Shown here piece by piece: positions 1 to 6,576 of a stretch of 64,000 bases of DNA (position 1 is its first letter; each line of letters opens with the position of its first letter). The position numbers and the translations under genes are program-made. A model generated the notes under the pieces. The model made no database searches. It was not told where the DNA came from and worked only from the letters and a program-made list of their open reading frames with translations. Location of the stretch: assembly GCA_963713865.1 (NCBI GenBank), contig OY970208.1:1728001-1792000 (forward strand), given 5' to 3'. This DNA comes from an uncultured candidate division Zixibacteria bacterium. GTDB taxonomy: Bacteria; Zixibacteria; MSB-5A5; RBG-16-43-9.

Positions 1-5
1 AGCAG

Positions 6-1391
6 ATGAAGATATGGTTTTCGAATGTGGATATTTCAAAAGAAGCCGTTTGCTACAGAGCTTTTAATAATCCACCCAGAGAAGAGATATGTTCCTATTG
101 CCCGACCTGTAAGACGTTAAATGACGGGCAAGTCCATGAATCGGTAACAGATATTCCGACTGGAGAAAGAATTGTCAACTATAGATTAATTTCATCTCCG
201 ATCAAAGATATGGATGGAAAAGTTATATCAGCCATAGAAATGGTGGAAGACATCACTGAAAGGAAAAAGCTTCAAGAACAGTTGATCCAAACAGAAAAAT
301 TAGCCGCAGTAGGAACCTTAGCTTACGGGATTGCCCACGAGTTCAACAATATCTTAGCTGGCATGCTGGCAAATGCGGAGTTGGGTCTGGTCACGGACGA
401 GCCCCGGCAGATCAAGGAGTGTTTTGAGATCATAGCGGATAATTCTCATCGAGCCGCAAGCATTACCAACAATCTTTTAGCCTTTGCCCGGCAGAAAGAG
501 GCGAGAAAAGAGTTAATCGATATAACCGAGCCTTTGAGAAGCGTTTTAGCAGTAACCCGGCGTGACTTAGAGAAGCTCAACATAGAGATCGAGGAGAAAG
601 TCAAACCTATCCCTAAGATTTACTGTGATGCCGGACAACTATCCGAGGTTTTCTTGAATATGGTCACCAATGCCCGGGATGCTATGCATCCTAAAGGAGG
701 AACTCTGACAATTCAGGTTGAACCGGACCAGGATAATATCCGGATCATCTTCAAAGATACTGGTTGTGGGATACCGGAGGAGATAAGGGGAAAAATCTTC
801 GAGCCTTTTGTAACCACCAAGGGAGTATTAGGTGGAAGTGAGGTTCCTGGAACAGGCTTAGGGCTTTTCCTCACCTACGGGATAATAAACGGTTATCAGG
901 GAAAGATTGAGGTGGAATCAAAAGTGGGTAAAGGAACACAGTTTATTATATCAATCCCTGTTTCCAAAAACCTGCCTCCCCAACCTGTTCAGGAAATTAA
1001 GAATGAACCTTTCGGGGAGATTGAGAGGAAATTGAAAATCCTGTTAGTGGATAATGAGGAAACGATAGTTTCCGGTTTAAAGAAGTTTTTAGAATCCAGG
1101 GGGCATCAGGTAACCTCCTCTTTACGAGGGAAAAAGGGGTTAAGACTTTTCAAAAAAGATAAGTTCGATTTAGTTTTATCTGACATTACCATGCCGGATA
1201 TGGATGGGATAGAGCTGATTAAAAAGATTAGAGAGCAGGATCAGGAGATCAAGATCATAGTGATAACCGGACATATAATGCAAGTAAAAGAGAATGAAGC
1301 CTGGAAAGCCGGGGCTGATGAATTTTTAATCAAGCCGTTTAAAAATGAAGTGCTGTGTTTGGCTATATCAAAATTGATGACGGAAATTTGA
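6..1391 (+). CDS. Hybrid sensor histidine kinase/response regulator (PAS-HisKA-HATPase-REC), probably 5'-truncated by the window edge
   Basis: H-box IAHEFNN, N-box NARDAM, G1 DTGCGI, F-box FEPFVTTK, G2 GTGLGL; C-terminal receiver (LSDITMPDMDG, KPF). Confidence 0.92.
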   Translation: MKIWFSNVDISKEAVCYRAFNNPPREEICSYCPTCKTLNDGQVHESVTDIPTGERIVNYRLISSPIKDMDGKVISAIEMVEDITERKKLQEQLIQTEKLAAVGTLAYGIAHEFNNILAGMLANAELGLVTDEPRQIKECFEIIADNSHRAASITNNLLAFARQKEARKELIDITEPLRSVLAVTRRDLEKLNIEIEEKVKPIPKIYCDAGQLSEVFLNMVTNARDAMHPKGGTLTIQVEPDQDNIRIIFKDTGCGIPEEIRGKIFEPFVTTKGVLGGSEVPGTGLGLFLTYGIINGYQGKIEVESKVGKGTQFIISIPVSKNLPPQPVQEIKNEPFGEIERKLKILLVDNEETIVSGLKKFLESRGHQVTSSLRGKKGLRLFKKDKFDLVLSDITMPDMDGIELIKKIREQDQEIKIIVITGHIMQVKENEAWKAGADEFLIKPFKNEVLCLAISKLMTEI

Positions 1392-1411
1392 GGTTTTGAT
1401 AAATAAAATTT

Positions 1412-1439
1412 GTAGAGACGCATTGCTATGCGTCTCTAC
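1412..1439. repeat. GTAG-type REP-like palindrome
   Basis: GTAGAGACGCAT-tgct-ATGCGTCTCTAC perfect inverted repeat; degenerate relative at 13451. Confidence 0.8.
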
Positions 1440-1443
1440 TTTC

Positions 1444-1503
1444 TGGAGTGTAAAGCCTCAAGGTCTTGTCCACAGGATCCTGGTGAAGACTTTAGCTTTA
1501 CCC
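1444..1503 (+). repeat. GGAG-type ~60 bp dispersed palindromic element
   Basis: TGGAGTGTAAAGCC...GGATCCTGGTGAAGACTTTAGCTTTACC; inverted copy at 19035-19094, shorter copy at 46392-46433. Confidence 0.75.
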
Positions 1504-1619
1504 TTTTGTGACCGTCAGGTTTCCTGACCCGATTCGACACAAGCGAACCAGATCGGTCCACCTCAGGCGAATGGCAAGCACAGGGAATAGAATTAATAAA
1601 TAAAATCTAATATATATTA

Positions 1620-1642
1620 ACACTGACTGATTTTGTCAGTGT
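1620..1642. promoter_or_regulatory. Palindromic operator-like site TGAC-N7-GTCA
   Basis: ACACTGAC-tgatttt-GTCAGTGT just upstream of a TTGACA hexamer in front of the sigma-54 activator gene; related sites at 3418, 4551, 5464. Confidence 0.6.
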
Positions 1643-1891
1643 ATTAAAAATATTTTTAAATATTAGTTGACAAAATAAGGGTAATACCCTATTTACATAA
1701 ATAGAAAATAATGGTTTAATAGATAATATTATTGTAACAACATGGAGTTACTTTCAGACAGGATGTCTAAAATATCTGTAGAAAATACAATCAAATATCA
1801 TCTCTTTTACATAAAAAACCCAAACAGATTATCATCCTCTAGGGTATAGTTATTCTATTTAGAGTGATTTCCATTTGGGAGAGGAAAATAT

Positions 1892-3235
1892 ATGGTTTCT
1901 GTCTTAATTGTTGAAGATGAAGATTCTCTGAGGAAAGCTTTATCTCAGCTACTGCTTAATAAAGGATATGAAGTTACTGAGGTAAGTGACGGGAATGAAG
2001 CTTTTTCCATCCTGGAAAAGAAAAATTTTGACCTGGTAATAACTGATCTCAGGATGAAAATAGTCTCCGGAGAAGAGGTTTTAAAAAAGGTAAAAGAAAT
2101 CTCACCTGCAACTGAGGTAATTATCATAACAGCTTATGGGACAATTCAATCAGCCGTTGCTGCTATGAAAGCAGGGGCTTTTGATTATATCACAAAACCC
2201 TTCAAGGTGGAAGAGATACTGAGCATTCTGGATAAAACCATTGAAAAGAAAAAGATTTTTGAAGGGATTAAGTTTGAAACAAAAGAAGGAGATTATTCTT
2301 TTACAGAAATAATATATGTTTCCAAAATAATGGATGATATAATCCAGCTTATCAAGAAGATAGCTCCCACAGATATAACGATTTTAATCGAGGGTGAATC
2401 CGGAACCGGCAAAGAGCTTTTAGCCCGGGTGATTCATAAAAATAGCTTGCGCAAAAATGAAGCTTTTGTAACAGTAAACAGCAATCTTCCTGAAACCCTT
2501 TTGGAAAGCGAGCTTTTTGGATATGTCAAAGGGGCATTCACCGGTGCTTTTTCCGATAAAAGAGGACTCTTTGAAATAGCTAATTCCGGGTCTGTATTTC
2601 TGGATGAGGTCTCTGATACCAGTCCTGCTCTGCAGACGAGGTTGTTAAGAGCTATTCAGGAAAAAGAGATCAGAAGAGTAGGAGGGGAAGAATTCATCAA
2701 AGTGGATGTCAGGTTAATAACAGCTTCTAATAGAAATCTATCGACTTTAGTTAAAGAAAGAAAATTCAGAGACGACTTATATTATCGAATAAATGTTATG
2801 CCTATCTATCTCCCTCCTTTAAGAGAGCGGACAGAAGATATAGTTCCCTTAGCCAAACATTTTATAAAAAAATATGCTGAGTCTTATCAGAAAGAGGTTG
2901 AGGAAATAGATGAGGAGTTGAAGGATGAGTTTCAGAATTACCACTGGCCTGGAAATATAAGGGAATTAGAACATACTATTGAACGGGGAGTTGCCCTGGC
3001 CACTTCTTCTATTCTGGATAAAACTTCCATACTCTTTCTTCCAGAAGACGAAAAACACTGGTTACCTGAGATTGAAAGCGAGACTCTCAATTCCCTCAAA
3101 AACAATGAAAAAGCTCAGATTATTAAAACTTTAAAAGAGAATAAGTGGAATTATTCCAAATCAGCTGAAGAGTTAGGGATAAGCCGAACAACACTCTGGA
3201 GAAGAATGAAGGAATATGGATTAAAAGAAGAATAA
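1892..3235 (+). CDS. Sigma-54-dependent response regulator (NtrC/AtoC family; REC-AAA+-Fis HTH)
   Basis: REC, GESGTGKE, ESELFG, GAFTGA, FLDEV, WPGNIREL, HTH LGISRTTLWRRMK. Confidence 0.95.
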   Translation: MVSVLIVEDEDSLRKALSQLLLNKGYEVTEVSDGNEAFSILEKKNFDLVITDLRMKIVSGEEVLKKVKEISPATEVIIITAYGTIQSAVAAMKAGAFDYITKPFKVEEILSILDKTIEKKKIFEGIKFETKEGDYSFTEIIYVSKIMDDIIQLIKKIAPTDITILIEGESGTGKELLARVIHKNSLRKNEAFVTVNSNLPETLLESELFGYVKGAFTGAFSDKRGLFEIANSGSVFLDEVSDTSPALQTRLLRAIQEKEIRRVGGEEFIKVDVRLITASNRNLSTLVKERKFRDDLYYRINVMPIYLPPLRERTEDIVPLAKHFIKKYAESYQKEVEEIDEELKDEFQNYHWPGNIRELEHTIERGVALATSSILDKTSILFLPEDEKHWLPEIESETLNSLKNNEKAQIIKTLKENKWNYSKSAEELGISRTTLWRRMKEYGLKEE

Positions 3236-3251
3236 TAATTGAACCAGTTGG

Positions 3252-3388
3252 TTTCAAATTGAAAGTCGGTATTTCAAAGTGAAACATTTAACAGTCCTAC
3301 ATCTAATATAGGCACTCCCGTAAGTTATTGTTAATCAATAAGTTATAATTTATCCTTCAAGATTATCTGGTTGGGCATTCTATTTGCT
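3252..3388 (+). promoter_or_regulatory. Sigma-54 promoter region: two enhancer-like palindromes, an IHF-like site and a -24/-12 element
   Basis: TTTCA-N3-TGAAA at 3252-3264 and 3272-3284; AATCAATAAGTTA (WATCAANNNNTTR) at 3333-3345; GGGCATT-ctat-TTGCT at 3373-3388. Confidence 0.7.
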
Positions 3389-3417
3389 TTAATAATTTCT
3401 AATATATTTTTTCCAAT

Positions 3418-3436
3418 ACTGACTGGTTCTGACACA
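3418..3436. promoter_or_regulatory. Operator-like motif TGAC-N7-GACA upstream of the WYL gene
   Basis: ACTGACTGGTTCTGACACA, similar to sites at 1620, 4551, 5464. Confidence 0.55.
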
Positions 3437-3492
3437 GGGCGTCTTAGATTTGAATTTGAGAGGAGTATTATATATAAGAGAAAGGACATCGG

Positions 3493-4527
3493 ATGTCCAA
3501 ATATGCTCGACTCCTACAGGTTTTAAATCTATTGAAAAGCAGACCTGGGATTTCAGCTAAGGATTTAGCACTGGATTGTCAGGTATCCAGAAGAACAATT
3601 TTCCGGGATATTCTCTCCCTCTGTTCCGCAGAAATACCAGTTTTTTACGACAAGGGTTATCGGCTCCTTCCAGGAACATTTCTACCTACTTTAAACTTCG
3701 ATCTGGATGAATATCTGACCCTGAAAAGTATCTTATCCGCAGATCTGTTCAAGAATAAAAACTTTCTGGGCAATACCATACTGAGTGTCCTCTCGAAGAT
3801 TGAAATAAATTTAAATTCTGATTTAAAAGAGAAATTGAAGGAGATCTGTATTCCTTTACACTTTTCATTCCAGACAAGCAACGGGGATAAGGACCGAGCT
3901 TTTATATTCAAGATTTTGAAAGAAGCCGTCCTGGAGAAAAGAAGCATTATTTTGAATTACGGAATTCGGGACTTATTCAAATCCGATTTCAAAGTTGATC
4001 CGGTCAGTTTGGCTCTCAAGCAACAGCGGTGGTATCTTGTAGGAAACTGCAGAAATTACAATGTTTATTTCCCTTTCAGTCTGGATTACATTAATAGAGT
4101 TACTTTAACCAATAGCAATTTTAGTCTGACAAAGGATTTTTCACTGAACGACTTTTTTGAGAAGAGCCTGGGTGTATGCCAAACAAAGTTAATCGAGGTG
4201 GAGCTGCAACTTCTCAAAGAGAATAAATATTTTTTAGATAATATTTCAAATCTGATTATAGATCTCTCAAAACATAAAGATGGCTCAATTTCGTGCAGAT
4301 TGAAAGTGAAAGGAGTAAATGAGCTTGCCAGATGGCTTTTAGGTTTTTCAGGCGAGGTGAAAGTGATAAGCCCGTCTGAACTGAAAGAAAGATTGCTCAA
4401 GCTTTTAGATAATCAAATGAGAATTTATCAGAAAAGAAACAAAGTGAGAAAATGGGTTCCGGTTTGTTCTTTTTATGAGAAGTACAAGTTGCTATGCAGT
4501 GATCTCTGCCTGGATCCGGTGTTTTAA
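3493..4527 (+). CDS. HTH-WYL-WCX transcriptional regulator (YafY/PafBC-like) with a Cys-rich C-terminal extension
   Basis: wHTH VSRRTIFRDI; WYL motif RWYLVG; WCX RWLLGFSGEVKVISPSELK; tail KWVPVC..C...CLDPVF. Confidence 0.92.
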   Translation: MSKYARLLQVLNLLKSRPGISAKDLALDCQVSRRTIFRDILSLCSAEIPVFYDKGYRLLPGTFLPTLNFDLDEYLTLKSILSADLFKNKNFLGNTILSVLSKIEINLNSDLKEKLKEICIPLHFSFQTSNGDKDRAFIFKILKEAVLEKRSIILNYGIRDLFKSDFKVDPVSLALKQQRWYLVGNCRNYNVYFPFSLDYINRVTLTNSNFSLTKDFSLNDFFEKSLGVCQTKLIEVELQLLKENKYFLDNISNLIIDLSKHKDGSISCRLKVKGVNELARWLLGFSGEVKVISPSELKERLLKLLDNQMRIYQKRNKVRKWVPVCSFYEKYKLLCSDLCLDPVF

Positions 4528-4550
4528 ATAGTTTAAAAATATTTTAAACT

Positions 4551-4569
4551 TATGACAGGTTCTGACATA
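4551..4569. promoter_or_regulatory. Operator-like imperfect palindrome, copy 1
   Basis: TATGACA-ggttc-TGACATA, one mismatch from the perfect palindrome TATGACA-N5-TGTCATA. Confidence 0.55.
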
Positions 4570-4614
4570 TTGAATTTCGATAAACTTAACAGGGAAATTA
4601 ATAGGGGGTACTGC

Positions 4615-5019
4615 ATGAAACAAAACCGCGATTTACTTCTACGGGTATTATCAGGCAAATTATTCTCCAAATCCGGATCCACCGGAGAGGACGAGAAAAG
4701 AGAAATTGCCATCAGGGCCATCCAGAAATTGATGGCCAGCATCTCTTATTATATAGTCGATCCTCTAACTGTGGTTCAAGCAAAAGCTGAGCTTTTAGAA
4801 GAATCTCTAAAAAAGAAAAAATTAAAAGGAGAGGAGATAGAAAGTTTCATATCTTTATGTAAAGAGCAGTTCCGCAAGATAAATCTGATTTTGAACGCCT
4901 TAAGTTCTCTTTCCGAGCTCAGGTATAGAAAATATCCCTTAGGCATAGAGATAATCGATATAGAAGATAAGATCAAAAAAGATCTGAGATCAAAACTGGT
5001 CTTGCGGAAAACAGATTAA
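4615..5019 (+). CDS. Stand-alone HisKA/DHp-like protein with Tyr at the phospho-His position, paralog 1
   Basis: ATG after AGGGGG RBS; LMASISYYIVDPLTVVQAKAELL resembles the H-box xSHxINNPLTVIxGxAELL; no catalytic ATPase domain. Confidence 0.75.
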   Translation: MKQNRDLLLRVLSGKLFSKSGSTGEDEKREIAIRAIQKLMASISYYIVDPLTVVQAKAELLEESLKKKKLKGEEIESFISLCKEQFRKINLILNALSSLSELRYRKYPLGIEIIDIEDKIKKDLRSKLVLRKTD

Positions 5020-5035
5020 TGCAGATGGAACTCAA

Positions 5036-5156
5036 CAGGAAGGAAAGAGGGTAAAGGGAGTTTATCCAGAAACCGGTCTTGTCCGGGGGGCTGGGACTGG
5101 TTTCATCCTTCCCCCAAGCTGGGCTCCTAAGGGGGGGAGCCCAGCTTTCCTCTTTT
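5036..5156 (+). ncRNA. Putative structured RNA (three hairpins closed by a terminal stem), copy 1
   Basis: GGGTAAA/TTTATCC, GAAACCGGTC/GACTGGTTTC, AAGCTGGGCTCC/GGAGCCCAGCTT, AAAGAGG/CCTCTTT; compensatory changes versus copy 2. Confidence 0.55.
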
Positions 5157-5160
5157 AACT

Positions 5161-5440
5161 CTTCTGCCTAAAGATTATTCTTTAGATAATTATTTTGAGA
5201 ATAGCTGAGGGGTATGTCAAGCCAAGTTGATTAAGGTAGAGTTGAAACTTCTAAAAGAGAATAGATATATTTTAGATAATCTTTCATCTCTGGTTGAAAA
5301 TACCTCAAAATCTAAAATGGGGTAATCAGCAGAGAATCTATCAGAAAGGAAGTAGAGTGAAAAAATGGGTTCCGGTTTGTCCGCTGTACGAGGAGTTCAG
5401 ATTGTTGTGTAATGATGCCTGCCTGGATCCGGTGTTTTAA
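5161..5440 (+). pseudogene. Remnant of a second WYL gene (3' part, in-frame TGA, internal deletion)
   Basis: Translates LLPKDYSLDNYFENS*GVCQAKLIKVELKLLKENRYILDNLSSLVE, matching WYL FSLTKDFSLNDFFEKSLGVCQTKLIEVELQLLKENKYFLDNISNLII; then NQQRIYQKGSRVKKWVPVCPLYEEFRLLCNDACLDPVF*. Confidence 0.85.
5357..5440 (+). CDS. Possible 27-aa Cys-rich peptide equivalent to the WYL C-terminal tail
   Basis: AAGGA 6 nt before GTG; MKKWVPVCPLYEEFRLLCNDACLDPVF; synonymous and conservative changes versus the WYL tail. Confidence 0.4.
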   Translation: MKKWVPVCPLYEEFRLLCNDACLDPVF

Positions 5441-5463
5441 ATAGTTTAAAAATATTTTAAACT

Positions 5464-5482
5464 TATGACAGGTTCTGACATA
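5464..5482. promoter_or_regulatory. Operator-like imperfect palindrome, copy 2
   Basis: Identical to 4551-4569. Confidence 0.55.
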
Positions 5483-5527
5483 TTGAATTTCGATAAACTT
5501 AACAGGGAAATTAATAGGGGGTACTGC

Positions 5528-5992
5528 ATGAAACAAAACCACGATTTACTTCTACGGGTATTATTAGGAAAATACTTCGAAGAAGAGAAAAAAGAAATCT
5601 CCATAGAAGTCATCGAGAAATTGATGACCACTATCTCTTATTATCTGGGAGACCCTTTAACCGTAATTCTGGGAAAAACCGAGCTGTTAGAAGAATCTCT
5701 AAAAAATAGAGATTTGCACAGGGAGGAAATAGCGGATTTCCTCTCTTTATGCAGAGATCAGCTCACCAGGATAAGCCTGGTCTTGAATACTTTACAATCT
5801 CTTAATGAGCTCAGATATAGAAACTATCCCCTGGGTATTGAGATGATCGATATAGAAGACAAAATCAAACTCGGTCAGGAGAAGAATCAGAACCCATCTG
5901 AAGTTGACCAGGATATTTTAGTTCGCAGTTCCGTTGGAGTTCCACGGAACAGGTTGAGGAAGACGGAACTCTACAGGAAGGAAAGAGGATAA
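5528..5992 (+). CDS. Stand-alone HisKA/DHp-like protein with Tyr at the phospho-His position, paralog 2
   Basis: LMTTISYYLGDPLTVILGKTELL ... LRYRNYPLGIEMIDIEDKIK; clear paralog of 4615-5019. Confidence 0.75.
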   Translation: MKQNHDLLLRVLLGKYFEEEKKEISIEVIEKLMTTISYYLGDPLTVILGKTELLEESLKNRDLHREEIADFLSLCRDQLTRISLVLNTLQSLNELRYRNYPLGIEMIDIEDKIKLGQEKNQNPSEVDQDILVRSSVGVPRNRLRKTELYRKERG

Positions 5993-6090
5993 AAGTAGTT
6001 ATCCCGAAGCCGGTCTTGTCCGGGGGGCTGGGACTGGTTTCATCCTTCCCCCAGGCTGGGCTCTTAGGGGGGAGCTCAGCCTTCCTCTTT
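5974..6090 (+). ncRNA. Putative structured RNA, copy 2
   Basis: GGATAA/TTATCC, GAAGCCGGTC/GACTGGTTTC, AGGCTGGGCTC/GAGCTCAGCCT, AAAGAGG/CCTCTTT. Confidence 0.55.
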
Positions 6091-6125
6091 AATTCGCTGA
6101 CCTGATCATAAAGAGGTTAAAAATT

Positions 6126-6317
6126 ATGAACTGCTGGGATTTTATTAAATGTCCTCAAGAGTACCGGGAGTATTGCCTGGCTTACCCGAACTACGGTAAA
6201 ATCTGCTGGAAAGCAACTTTGGTAAGTTGTAAAACCGGTAAAATTCTTGATTCCGGAAAGAAGCTGGAAGAGTGTTTGAGGTGTGAATTTTATAAATTCA
6301 GAAAACCAAACATATAA
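6126..6317 (+). CDS. Small Cys-rich 'two-CW'-type protein
   Basis: AGAGG RBS; NCWDFIKC...CLAY...ICW...C...CLRCEFY. Confidence 0.75.
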   Translation: MNCWDFIKCPQEYREYCLAYPNYGKICWKATLVSCKTGKILDSGKKLEECLRCEFYKFRKPNI

Positions 6318-6576
6318 ATAAAGCAAAGGGTTGAAGCAGAATAAATGAAGAAGTAAAGCTATAACTATCAGGTAGCAATGGGGTGGCACTATAAAATAAA
6401 AGTTTTTCTCCATAGAGGAAGAGGTTCTTCTTCGGGAGGGGTGGATCCCTTAAAATGAGCTACAGGATAATAAAATATCCTAAAGGTAGTTTAGAAAATA
6501 GAGCTACCTTTAAATTTTATTGCTAATGACTGATAGGCATAAAAAGTTAGGTTCCTACCATCTAAAGAGGGCTATT

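Noticed and set aside
4552-4614. Longer N-termini (MTGSDIL...) of the HisKA-like ORFs given in the ORF track, also at 5465
   Set aside because: They overlap the operator-like motif; a good RBS precedes the ATGs at 4615 and 5528.
5206-5208. In-frame TGA in the WYL remnant as selenocysteine or recoding
   Set aside because: The fragment lacks a start and has an internal deletion; TGA serves as a normal stop for other genes in the window.
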